DNA of 46,479 bases from a virus (Duplodnaviria > Caudoviricetes): positions 1 through 46,479 of the IMG/VR virus record IMGVR_UViG_3300048576_000518; one strand, written 5' to 3'. A program made the translations under genes and the position numbers. Within the stretch, counting starts at the first letter, position 1, and each line of letters opens with the position of its first letter. The notes below the pieces were generated by a model. It saw only the letters and a list, made by a program, of their open reading frames with translations, was not told the origin of the DNA and did no database searches. Below are positions 37,662 to 46,259 of this stretch, in pieces.

Positions 37662-38417
37662 TCATCTTGAATTGAGTATTGGTATCGAGGTTTGCTTGTT
37701 CGAACTGAATGCTTTAGATAACCAAAACAGCCCTTTTTGGGTCACAAGTACTTTTGTTACCATAAATGACGGGTGATTATCCCTTGGTATCTCCTTTTCC
37801 CTTAACTCAAAGTAACCTCTTTGTATATACTCCTGCTTTGGCTCGTTCCTTCCTTTGAAGAATACTCCTTCCTCTTGTAGCTTTTTGAACAGAGTATTTC
37901 GCCCGAACGGGAGCTTTAATATCTTTGCAGCCTGCCCGATGTCCGTCAAATGCCCCATATCTACCGCACGGTCAACAAAATCGGCTTTGGGCTGCATTAT
38001 TGCTGCCCTTTTCTCCGCCTCGATGCGTTTTTGTTGTTCGGCTTTCCAATTCTGAGCCAACATCAATACTGTGTCGGGGTTGGAGAAATCAAGTTGCTGG
38101 TTAGATTTTAAAGCCTGTTCCATTTGGTTGAACAATTGAATGTACTCCATTTTAAAGCCCATCGCTTTTTTACCCGTAAACCCCATCGCCAAGAGAGTGA
38201 AGCCGTCTCGGTTCATTACATACATAGAGTTGCTTTTTCCGCTTGGATCAATATAAGTTGTTGAGTAAAAGAACTGAGCCGAATTTTCGGCCGAGCTGAC
38301 AATATTTTTGATTGACTCCATCACGTGCTTATGTTGCTTCCCGAATTTCTCTGCAACCAGCAAACTGTTCGTTACAGGATTGCCTTTCTCGCTTTTAAAT
38401 ACCAAATCTGCATCCAT
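37662..38417 (-). CDS. Rha-family regulator fused to an ANT/KilAC antirepressor domain
   Basis: TNSLLVAEKFGKQHKHV, MNRDGFTLLAMGFTG; PKADFVD, GRNTLFKKL, VTQKG. Confidence 0.9.
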   Translation of the reverse strand: MDADLVFKSEKGNPVTNSLLVAEKFGKQHKHVMESIKNIVSSAENSAQFFYSTTYIDPSGKSNSMYVMNRDGFTLLAMGFTGKKAMGFKMEYIQLFNQMEQALKSNQQLDFSNPDTVLMLAQNWKAEQQKRIEAEKRAAIMQPKADFVDRAVDMGHLTDIGQAAKILKLPFGRNTLFKKLQEEGVFFKGRNEPKQEYIQRGYFELREKEIPRDNHPSFMVTKVLVTQKGLFWLSKAFSSNKQTSIPILNSR

Positions 38418-38444
38418 AATTATTTAATTTTTAAATTAATTTCC

Positions 38445-38554
38445 AAAAAAGAAAAGTCATCAATCGAAAAGTTGCCTATTGTGGTTACTTGCAACTAATC
38501 AATCAATGACTTCTTATATTTTCTTCTCAATCGACAGTAACCACAAAGTCGATT
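38445..38554 (-). promoter_or_regulatory. Structured leader: two hairpins with complementary loops, the second terminator-like
   Basis: Loops TTGTGGTTACT (38479-38489) and AGTAACCACAA (38536-38546) are exact reverse complements; a U-tract follows the second hairpin. Confidence 0.6.
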
Positions 38555-38599
38555 TTTTGAACGTTCTACATTAAAATATAAGGAGAGTTCAGTTTTTTA

Positions 38600-38860
38600 T
38601 TAGGCGGCGTTCAATAATTCACTGATCGAAATGTTCGTCATATTTCCTTCAATGAAAGTTGAATACTTTTCAACCGTGCGAATATCTTTTATTGCGATGA
38701 TGCAGCCTTCTCCGTTTTCGTCAACGGCGTTTATTACATCCTGGCCAATGAAATCAAGCCAGCCGATAACCCCATTCACGGAAATAATATCGTCCAGTCC
38801 AACGAAATCGCCTTCCACCTCCTTGCGGATACTGCCTTTGAATACTATTGTCTTTTCCAT
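38600..38860 (-). CDS. Hypothetical protein
   Basis: 86-aa acidic ORF. Confidence 0.65.
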   Translation of the reverse strand: MEKTIVFKGSIRKEVEGDFVGLDDIISVNGVIGWLDFIGQDVINAVDENGEGCIIAIKDIRTVEKYSTFIEGNMTNISISELLNAA

Positions 38861-38923
38861 GACTATGTATGTATTTAATTGTTTATATTATTACCTGCGA
38901 ATCGCTATATTTGAGGGTAAATT

Positions 38924-39145
38924 TTAATCCCCGTTGTACCTGTTGCTTGAATAAAAGTTTCCCAACGTATTCGCAAGAGCATTCATGTTGAATGATCCCT
39001 GTGGGTTTTTCTCGAATGAAAAGTTGAGTCCCTGAGCTTTGGACTTCTCTTGCTCCCTTCTCGCATCCATCACATCACACTTGGCACGGGCCCATGCAAT
39101 AGCTAAGCATTGACCGAAAGAGTAGTTGCTGCTCCTTCTTTTCAA
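38924..39145 (-). CDS. Small phage protein, probably 5'-truncated
   Basis: AWSLKRR...FGQCLAIAWARAK motif; no ATG, and an in-frame TAA lies just upstream. Confidence 0.5.
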   Translation of the reverse strand: MKRRSSNYSFGQCLAIAWARAKCDVMDARREQEKSKAQGLNFSFEKNPQGSFNMNALANTLGNFYSSNRYNGD

Positions 39146-39238
39146 AGACCAGGCTGTTTAATTGTTATTATTTGGATGTGTTTAGTAGGGGTAGCTACTG
39201 AAAGCTACCCGAAGTGTTATTGATAAGTAGGAAGGATG

Positions 39239-39997
39239 TTATTCCCTCAAAATAGAATGAATGAACTCACGCCCTTTTGAAGTCCAAACAGTCTGCATTT
39301 GAGTGCCGGTAGTGCCGTCACTTTTGGGATAAGTGACAGGCTTTGATTTCGTGTAGCCTTTGCCGTCGTGCTTGGCGTATAATATCCATTGGCGGTTCTG
39401 CTTGTACTGGATGCCCATGGCAGCCAATTTCTTATTCAGGGTTTCAGCGCCCCAGCCATATTCTTTGGCTATCTGCGTGGTGGTATATGTGCCCTCCGAC
39501 GAGATGTATTCATCATAACATTTCACTTTCGGTGCAGCTCCTTTAATCTCGTTCGCAAGGTATGTGTTTTGCTGTTCAAGCATGGCCTTCTCGGCCCTTG
39601 ACTGCTCCAGCCGCTTGTTCAGCACTTGCATGGCGTAGACTATCGCTTCATCGTCGTTGGATGAGGTAGCAACCCCCGTCCGGAGAAGCTCCTTGATCCG
39701 GTCGTTGCACCAAATTGCAAATGCGGGGTTGAGCCATCGAGCGAACTCTAATGCTACATCTTCGTGCATCCACGTACCCGGATTATTACCGCCTTTCATA
39801 ACTTGCACTAAATCATCCAAACTAAGATTTCTTAGTTTGGAAAGTGTATCGAGGTAATCTTTTGTGTTTTGGTTAGTTAGCCAGTGTACCGGTTGTTTTC
39901 CGAAAGGTTTTGCCATTTGGGTGGCGTTTATCATGACATTGTTGCCACCCATAAAAGAAATTTCGCTACCTTTGTAGCTGTAATTAATGATGTTCAT
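39239..39997 (-). CDS. KilA-N plus ANT/KilAC phage antirepressor
   Basis: MINATQMAKPFGK, GTWMHEDVALEFARWL; TTTQIAKEYG, WTSKGREFI. Confidence 0.92.
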   Translation of the reverse strand: MNIINYSYKGSEISFMGGNNVMINATQMAKPFGKQPVHWLTNQNTKDYLDTLSKLRNLSLDDLVQVMKGGNNPGTWMHEDVALEFARWLNPAFAIWCNDRIKELLRTGVATSSNDDEAIVYAMQVLNKRLEQSRAEKAMLEQQNTYLANEIKGAAPKVKCYDEYISSEGTYTTTQIAKEYGWGAETLNKKLAAMGIQYKQNRQWILYAKHDGKGYTKSKPVTYPKSDGTTGTQMQTVWTSKGREFIHSILRE

Positions 39998-40082
39998 ATT
40001 CGTATGGATTAATTGTTAATACTTGAAGAAGAAGTGTTCAGGCCGCCAAGCATTAGGACACTTTTTCCTTTTTCTACTCTTT

Positions 40083-40277
40083 TCATGACACACAGGTTAT
40101 TTTAATTCCGTCTTCCGTTAAATCTAAATCCCAATTCCTGCCCGGGTATTCAATCCGCGCAATACTCATCGTTGTCCGCAGAAGAGAATACTGCTTTCTC
40201 TCGAACATGTGCTCTTCGCCCACATTCAGATCCACTAAAATTGACTTTGTTCCTTTTTTTCTTACATTTGTACCCAT
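40083..40277 (-). CDS. Small Cro-position protein of the second switch
   Basis: 64 aa, divergent from the XRE gene. Confidence 0.6.
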   Translation of the reverse strand: MGTNVRKKGTKSILVDLNVGEEHMFERKQYSLLRTTMSIARIEYPGRNWDLDLTEDGIKITCVS

Positions 40278-40361
40278 AACGTTTAATTGTTTTATTGTTG
40301 TTATTAATAATTATAGTGCAAATGTAAACATAAGTTTCTATACAAGAAATTATAGTTTCTA
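40263..40361. promoter_or_regulatory. Second face-to-face promoter pair with two 18-bp operators
   Basis: TACATTTG at 40263-40270 (+) and 40319-40326 (-); TGTAAAC-ataa-GTTTCTA (40323-40340) and AAGAAAT-tata-GTTTCTA (40344-40361). Confidence 0.6.
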
Positions 40362-40391
40362 TTTTGCGTTTATATTAATATTATTTAACTT

Positions 40392-40787
40392 ATGGATAAT
40401 CTCATTGGAACTCGCTTGCAACAAATAATAGATAGTAAAATGCTGTCTGCATCAAGGTTTGCAAAAGAAGTAGGCATCTCTCCCCAATTAATGAACGCTT
40501 ATCTTAGAGATGAGAGGAAGCCATCAGGAAAAATGCTAAGTTTAATCTCTATCAGATTTCCAGAGATAGATGCTCACTGGCTACTTACAGGCGACGGCGA
40601 AATGCTGAAACCCAAGCAAGAAAGCCTTTTCCCCGAAATGGATATTCAAAAAGAGCAGAATAAGGGCGTAAACATGGTAGATCGCTTGTTGAACATTATA
40701 GAGAAACAACAAGATGAACTTGGAGAGATAAATAAAAAGTTAGGCGAAATAGAAGCCTACCTCTACAAAAAGAATAATCAAGGGTAA
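40392..40787 (+). CDS. XRE-family repressor (no peptidase domain; C-terminal coiled coil)
   Basis: SASRFAKEVGISPQLMNAY...RKPS, WLLTGDGEM. Confidence 0.85.
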   Translation: MDNLIGTRLQQIIDSKMLSASRFAKEVGISPQLMNAYLRDERKPSGKMLSLISIRFPEIDAHWLLTGDGEMLKPKQESLFPEMDIQKEQNKGVNMVDRLLNIIEKQQDELGEINKKLGEIEAYLYKKNNQG

Positions 40788-40807
40788 AACACTTCAAATT
40801 TTATGCC

Positions 40808-41815
40808 ATGAAGAAGCTGTTATTTGTATTCACATTGCTGTTATCTACTCATATTTATAGCCAAATAACAATAATGAAGACTGAAACGCAAAAGCCTAAG
40901 TATAATAATTTTGTATATGACAGTCTAAGAAATATGACCCCTGAAAAATATGAAAATAAATACACATATCATCATCTAATAGGTCAAACACTTATGTATT
41001 GTGGCGACCCTTATCTTTTCGGCAAAAATTCAAATTTCAAAATTGGCAATTACTACCGTGTTGAAGGAATTTTACCTGATGATACAGGAAAAGGATTATA
41101 TCATAGACTTTCTTTAACAAACATCAGTACAGGAGAAAGGTGTGAAGAAGGGGATATATTTACAGAAAAGTATAATTTTAAATGGATAGTATTGGGGCAC
41201 TATGAGAAAACTAAATCTTTATATCTGAATAAGGAGTTTATATATTTTAGAGATAAAAGCTATACAAGTTATAATGAACACAATTATCTTATAAATTTAG
41301 CAACTGACACTATAACAAAAAGCATTAAAGAGAAGACTATATGGACTTGCGTTGATGTTCAGGTAAGACAAAGGAAAGAGGGAGATAGAATGACTATTGA
41401 GAAAAGAAGTCCAATTGTTTTAATCTTCGACAACCCTAAATACGGCAAACATTATTGTTATTTAGAGGACGAGAACGGAAAGCCTTATGAACCTATTTAT
41501 GGGGAAAAAGAGCCATTAGTCTGTGGTAAATTTCAATTGAAATCTAATTATGATAATGCCAATTCTTTGGATATTGCAGCAAAAAATAAACGCAAAGCTG
41601 TATTAGTGAAAAAATATGGCACAACTAACGCAAATAAAATATTAAAAGGGATGGTTGTAACAGGATGGTCAAAAGCGATGTGTATTGAATCATGGGGAGA
41701 ACCTTCAGATATAAATAAGACATCCGGTAGTTTTGGTGTTCACGAACAATGGGTTTACGGGGATGGAACATATCTGTATTTTGAGAATGGAAAATTAACT
41801 ACAATTCAAAACTAG
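40808..41815 (+). CDS. Secreted/periplasmic protein co-transcribed with the second repressor
   Basis: Signal peptide MKKLLFVFTLLLSTHIYSQ; C-terminal GWSK..C..SWGEP..IN....EQWVY....LYFENGKL domain. Confidence 0.7.
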   Translation: MKKLLFVFTLLLSTHIYSQITIMKTETQKPKYNNFVYDSLRNMTPEKYENKYTYHHLIGQTLMYCGDPYLFGKNSNFKIGNYYRVEGILPDDTGKGLYHRLSLTNISTGERCEEGDIFTEKYNFKWIVLGHYEKTKSLYLNKEFIYFRDKSYTSYNEHNYLINLATDTITKSIKEKTIWTCVDVQVRQRKEGDRMTIEKRSPIVLIFDNPKYGKHYCYLEDENGKPYEPIYGEKEPLVCGKFQLKSNYDNANSLDIAAKNKRKAVLVKKYGTTNANKILKGMVVTGWSKAMCIESWGEPSDINKTSGSFGVHEQWVYGDGTYLYFENGKLTTIQN

Positions 41816-41832
41816 TCACTATACCATCTTCA

Positions 41833-41869
41833 AACAGGAATAGCACCCAAGAAGGGTACTATTCCTGTT
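41833..41869. terminator. Hairpin between convergent genes
   Basis: AACAGGAATAG-caccc-aagaa-gggta-CTATTCCTGTT. Confidence 0.75.
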
Positions 41870-41877
41870 TCTATAAT

Positions 41878-42474
41878 TCAAAACAACACCCTTCCATTCA
41901 ACCTGTCCATGATTATCTCCATCACCCCTTTGTATATCCTGTAAATGTTTACGATGCTTTCCCCTTCTTCAAGCGGATAATCAGACAGGGAGTTCCTCTG
42001 TTGAAACTTCCACTCGAAAATAGACTTTGCCTTGTCTGATAACCCGTAAACGTCACAGGCGGCTTTAAAACGGGCTTCCTTGTCCTGTATATCCTTTTCC
42101 TTCTCGTCGCTTTCTTCCTTGTCATCAATTATGTCCAACCTTTGCAGGTCAACGTCTGGAAAAGTACCCGTAGGTTTATATAGGTCATACTTCCGCTTGA
42201 ATGGTGCTGTATCTGATTGTGCGTTGAACTTGATGGTCTTCAGGATGTAATAATCAAGTTCATTCCATTTTTCCCTTTGCGTGTAAAGCATATCAAGCAA
42301 CTTCTGCATGTATTCTTCTTGCCTCGATGCCCTGTCAAGTATCCCCGCCAATACGTTGTTCAGTAAATCATACTCAAGTCCGTGAAACCCTTGCTGGTTG
42401 CAATGAAACAGACAGTAGTCAAGAAGCCGGGCATAAGCCTTGGTTATGTATTTTTCAAGTTCTTTGTTTTGCAT
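41878..42474 (-). CDS. Sigma-70/ECF-like late transcription factor (putative)
   Basis: Region-2-like Y..LLDY...DLLNNVL..IL and region-4-like LSDKAKSIFEWKF; last gene of the replication operon. Confidence 0.5.
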   Translation of the reverse strand: MQNKELEKYITKAYARLLDYCLFHCNQQGFHGLEYDLLNNVLAGILDRASRQEEYMQKLLDMLYTQREKWNELDYYILKTIKFNAQSDTAPFKRKYDLYKPTGTFPDVDLQRLDIIDDKEESDEKEKDIQDKEARFKAACDVYGLSDKAKSIFEWKFQQRNSLSDYPLEEGESIVNIYRIYKGVMEIIMDRLNGRVLF

Positions 42475-42484
42475 AATTTTAGAT

Positions 42485-43258
42485 TTAAAGTCCGCAAAGA
42501 CCCTCACACTCTTCTATTAGTTCAGGAAATAAAGAGGGTTTAAGCGTAAAATCAATTTTACGTAATGGCTCTAAGTGCTTGCTCAGATAGGCTTTCTTTT
42601 TGATTTTTGGATAGTTTCTTATCTTGTCATCAAACGAACAGCAATCATTTGCAAACTCTTCTGGAAATTGTTTTTTAAACAGCGTCCAGTACATGTCAGA
42701 ATGAAATGGGCAAATTTTACAGGCAGATTTCCCAGGCTCTCTTAAGTTATTAAATCGAAAATATTCCTTTATTCCATCTATGGAAATCCTATTCTCTATT
42801 AGTGGAAAGTAATTATCAATGTACTTTACGTTGCTGACCTTCATTCGTTCAATTTCATCGACGGAAATTCCAATCCAAAGCCTTATTCGCTCTTTTCCTC
42901 TTATTTCTTGTAACTTTCTACGTAAAGGGGCTATCTTATAGTCATTGGTGCATTGCCTCATCACAAGTCCATTGTCTTCTAACCGTAGGGGAATTGATGC
43001 AACCCTATCGCGTTTACCATCTATATAGTCCTCTATGTCTTTTTGCAAATTTCCGGCAGATACGACTGTTATATTAAAATTAAATCGCTCCTTCAAATAA
43101 AACTTAAGCCAATCAAGATATTCGTAAACGTACTTAGGCTCGCACCCAGTATCTGAGAATATGGCGTAATCTGGCTTGTATTCAAAATCACCATTCAATG
43201 CCCTAATAAGCATATAAGAAGATTGCTTTCCAGCCCCAAGTGATATTACATTTATCAT
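42485..43258 (-). CDS. PAPS-reductase-like (PP-loop) protein
   Basis: ISLGAGKQSS, FSDTGCE, RQCTNDYKI, KSACKICPF, ECEGLCG. Confidence 0.75.
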   Translation of the reverse strand: MINVISLGAGKQSSYMLIRALNGDFEYKPDYAIFSDTGCEPKYVYEYLDWLKFYLKERFNFNITVVSAGNLQKDIEDYIDGKRDRVASIPLRLEDNGLVMRQCTNDYKIAPLRRKLQEIRGKERIRLWIGISVDEIERMKVSNVKYIDNYFPLIENRISIDGIKEYFRFNNLREPGKSACKICPFHSDMYWTLFKKQFPEEFANDCCSFDDKIRNYPKIKKKAYLSKHLEPLRKIDFTLKPSLFPELIEECEGLCGL

Positions 43259-43268
43259 AATTTAATCT

Positions 43269-44738
43269 TTAAAATGGGAGGTCATCATTGTCTGGCTCGA
43301 TAGGAATATCCTGCTGCATCGGAGCAGTGTGGGAAGTAGCATATAAGTGAGGGGGATCATCGCCGTCATCCCAAATCTTTTTATACCTTTCATCGTGACG
43401 GAATATAACATGGCTATTTCGAGCTCCCTCGCGGTATTTTGATATAATAATTTTTCCCCTATTGACCCAAGAAATACCCTTGGAATCAATCGCTCCTGGA
43501 CTATAATAATCCGGTTTGTGAATAAATAGAACAATATCCGCATCTTGTTCTATATCTCCAGATTCCCGGAGATCCTCCAATTGGGGTTCTTTTATAGCCC
43601 CCCCCTTTACAGGCCTATTTAATTGTGAAAGAAGGAGGATAGGAACATTCAGTTCTTTTGTAAGGCTCTTCAGTTCTCCCGTTATATACCCTATTTCCAA
43701 GTATCTATTTGAAAACTTCATGTTGGTTTTTATTAGGCCTAGATAATCAATAATCATCAGGTCAAGTTTTCCTTTCCTCTTAAGGTTACGGGCTTCTGAT
43801 TTAATATTATTCAGATATCTCACATTATGATTATCCGCAATATGCAGCCTCATATTCCACAATCGCCCAACCTGTTCATCCATTGCAGACCATTCCATAT
43901 CTGACATTTGACCCGTTCGAAGGTTATAGCTGTTTATTCGTTCGTCTTCAAGAATATACCTGTTAACAAGTTGGGTCGCCGTCATTTCTATTGATACAAA
44001 AAGAACTTCTTTCCCCGATATAGATGCAGCTTTAGCAAATGAGAGGGCATGTTGCGTTTTTCCCATCGACGGCCTTGCTCCTAAAATTATCAAATCTGGA
44101 GCTATCCAACCACCGGCAAAAATATCATCCAAGCCTCTAAGCCCCGTAGGTATAGACAGGCGAATACCTTTTTCTTTCAACTCTTGAGTTTTAGCCGCTT
44201 TTTTCACCGCCTCTTTTAAAGCCTCAGGCATTGTGGTTGATTGACAATTCATTGAACTTGAAACTAAATCCGTAAATTCTTTTTCAAGTTCCTCTATTGT
44301 TTCGGCTATGTCCTGTGTATCATCAAACGCCTTCGCTTGGATCTCTGATGTAATCCGGATTAGTTTCCTCGCTTGGGATTTTTGTTTAATGATTTGCGCA
44401 TGAAAAACGATATGGGATGCCGAACCTACTTTTTCGGTCAGTTGGGAGATATAAAGCGGGCCTCCTATTGAATCGAGTTTATCCGCCCTCCTTAGCTCTT
44501 CAACGACCGTGAACATATCTATTGGACTTCTTTTTGCGCTTAAATCAAAAATAGCCTTGAATATGATATTATGGGATTCAACGTAAAAGTCATCCGGGCT
44601 TAATATGGATTCAACATCCTGATATGCTTTTGATTCAAGCAACAAAGCCCCCAATATAGCTTCTTCAAATTCTATTGCTTGTGGTTGGATCCTCACTATT
44701 TCGTTAATCGATGACGATTGGTCTTTTGGTTTCTTCAT
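43269..44738 (-). CDS. dnaB: Replicative DNA helicase
   Basis: EEAILGALL, GARPSMGKT, IIDYLGL, LSQLNR, DLRESGDIEQDAD. Confidence 0.95.
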   Translation of the reverse strand: MKKPKDQSSSINEIVRIQPQAIEFEEAILGALLLESKAYQDVESILSPDDFYVESHNIIFKAIFDLSAKRSPIDMFTVVEELRRADKLDSIGGPLYISQLTEKVGSASHIVFHAQIIKQKSQARKLIRITSEIQAKAFDDTQDIAETIEELEKEFTDLVSSSMNCQSTTMPEALKEAVKKAAKTQELKEKGIRLSIPTGLRGLDDIFAGGWIAPDLIILGARPSMGKTQHALSFAKAASISGKEVLFVSIEMTATQLVNRYILEDERINSYNLRTGQMSDMEWSAMDEQVGRLWNMRLHIADNHNVRYLNNIKSEARNLKRKGKLDLMIIDYLGLIKTNMKFSNRYLEIGYITGELKSLTKELNVPILLLSQLNRPVKGGAIKEPQLEDLRESGDIEQDADIVLFIHKPDYYSPGAIDSKGISWVNRGKIIISKYREGARNSHVIFRHDERYKKIWDDGDDPPHLYATSHTAPMQQDIPIEPDNDDLPF

Positions 44739-44952
44739 TTTCAATTTTTATTTTCAATATGGATGCTATCGTCAAGTTCCCGTATTCAAAAGTATCCAAC
44801 ACATGGTTAACCGTTGATTTTATCTCCTCTTCTGTAAATTCATAGGACAATACCCTTTCCATAAGTATTTTGAAGAAATCTTGGTCCTGTTTGGGAAAGG
44901 CTTTGTTTAGCCTATATAACTGGGATGCAATATATTCTTTGCTCGCTTTCAT
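44704..44952 (-). CDS. Hypothetical protein (possible helicase loader/inhibitor)
   Basis: 82 aa between the initiator and dnaB. Confidence 0.6.
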   Translation of the reverse strand: MKASKEYIASQLYRLNKAFPKQDQDFFKILMERVLSYEFTEEEIKSTVNHVLDTFEYGNLTIASILKIKIENEETKRPIVID

Positions 44953-45836
44953 TAGTCTTGGCTTATCAATTTATTAATAAATTCACTCTCATCTAAAGAT
45001 GCTCCACTTTCCTTGTTGTCAAAATTACCAGTCAATATTTTTTCAAAATTGGTCGGTTTAATCATCCAGTCGAAAGTGGCCCTCCAGCTTCTCTTGTTAT
45101 CACCCTTTAAAAAATTACTTTTGGCAGAAGATAGTATGACATCAAAGAAAGCGTCTTTGCCATGTTCCTTTATCCTTGCCCTCATCATACTCTTTCTTGT
45201 TTCAGAGAGCGGATATCGAAGTTCACCAAATACGCCATTGGTCTTTTCATTGAACCATGTGACGAATTTTCGATAATCGATATTTTCAGGGTGGGGCCTT
45301 TCAGTCCCACTTAGAGGTAATTCTTTAGAATTATCTCTATAATCTTTTACTTTACTTTCTTTTCTTTTCTTTTGTGTACTTTCTGACTGATTTAAGGGGG
45401 TTTCTTCCGCCGGAAACTCTTCTTTTTCTGGGTTTCTTCCGCCGGAAACAGGTTTTTCATCAATTATCCAATATTCTAATTCCTCTTTATTTACTCTTTT
45501 TCGAACTGCTTCTTTCCATCTTTTTTGGATTCCGGCGGAAGTTATTATACCAAACGAATCAAACACGGGCTTGTTAAAAAACCCCCACTTGACCAACCCG
45601 GATATAACTTCAGATACGAGGGATTGAGGAACATTTGCTTGCTTTGCTATTTTAAACTTGAAAGCATCAGAACACTCTGCAAAATAACTATTACGATATA
45701 TCGCACAAAGCACCCTTACTACAACACACTCCCCTTTAGCTCCAAACTCGCTCGATATAGGAATCACTTTCTCGTCGTCAAATAAATCGACATTGAAAGG
45801 AAAATAATCTAATCCAGTTTTTTGAGGTCTCGCCAT
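44952..45836 (-). CDS. DUF4373/Lin1244-like replication initiator (replisome organiser)
   Basis: MARPQKTGLDYFP, ITSAGIQKRW; C-terminal FLKGDNKRSWRATFDWMIKPTNFEKILTGNF. Confidence 0.85.
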   Translation of the reverse strand: MARPQKTGLDYFPFNVDLFDDEKVIPISSEFGAKGECVVVRVLCAIYRNSYFAECSDAFKFKIAKQANVPQSLVSEVISGLVKWGFFNKPVFDSFGIITSAGIQKRWKEAVRKRVNKEELEYWIIDEKPVSGGRNPEKEEFPAEETPLNQSESTQKKRKESKVKDYRDNSKELPLSGTERPHPENIDYRKFVTWFNEKTNGVFGELRYPLSETRKSMMRARIKEHGKDAFFDVILSSAKSNFLKGDNKRSWRATFDWMIKPTNFEKILTGNFDNKESGASLDESEFINKLISQD

Positions 45837-45841
45837 GGTTC

Positions 45842-46069
45842 TTATTTATATAATACCATTAGTGATTCATGAACGCGTCCCTTAGTATAACCGTGCGTTC
45901 TTACAACTGTGATATGAATAATGATAATAGCAAGAAAATCAGAATTGAAAAATTTCATGCAAGCCTTTAGCACTTTGTTAAAAAACAAGTATTGCAAAGG
46001 ACGGTCATGCCTCATTCCGTCTATTGTCCATATTATTATCTCTGATATTTTAATTTTGACCTTTCTCAT
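45842..46069 (-). CDS. Hypothetical protein
   Basis: 75-aa ORF filling an operon gap. Confidence 0.45.
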   Translation of the reverse strand: MRKVKIKISEIIIWTIDGMRHDRPLQYLFFNKVLKACMKFFNSDFLAIIIIHITVVRTHGYTKGRVHESLMVLYK

Positions 46070-46082
46070 ATTCTTTATTTAG

Positions 46083-46259
46083 TTACTTAAATTCTAATTC
46101 AGTTTGTCCGCGCCTCTGCAATTCTTCCCGGTAGTGGTTGATTGCATCCCTTACCATTTTGTCAGACATGTAACCCATCGGCATGATGCCGGACAAACGT
46201 GCCTCACACCGCGACAGCGCGTGGCGCAATTGTTCTTCTGTCATTTCTCTTGGTTTCAT
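46083..46259 (-). CDS. 58-aa hypothetical protein (below ORF-track cutoff)
   Basis: Manual translation MKPREMTEEQLRHALSRCEARLSGIMPMGYMSDKMVRDAINHYREELQRRGQTELEFK*. Confidence 0.55.
   Translation of the reverse strand: MKPREMTEEQLRHALSRCEARLSGIMPMGYMSDKMVRDAINHYREELQRRGQTELEFK

Noticed and set aside
42475-42507. ORF-track 5' extension of the sigma-like gene
   Set aside because: It overlaps the upstream gene; the ATG at 42474 has a typical AT-rich leader
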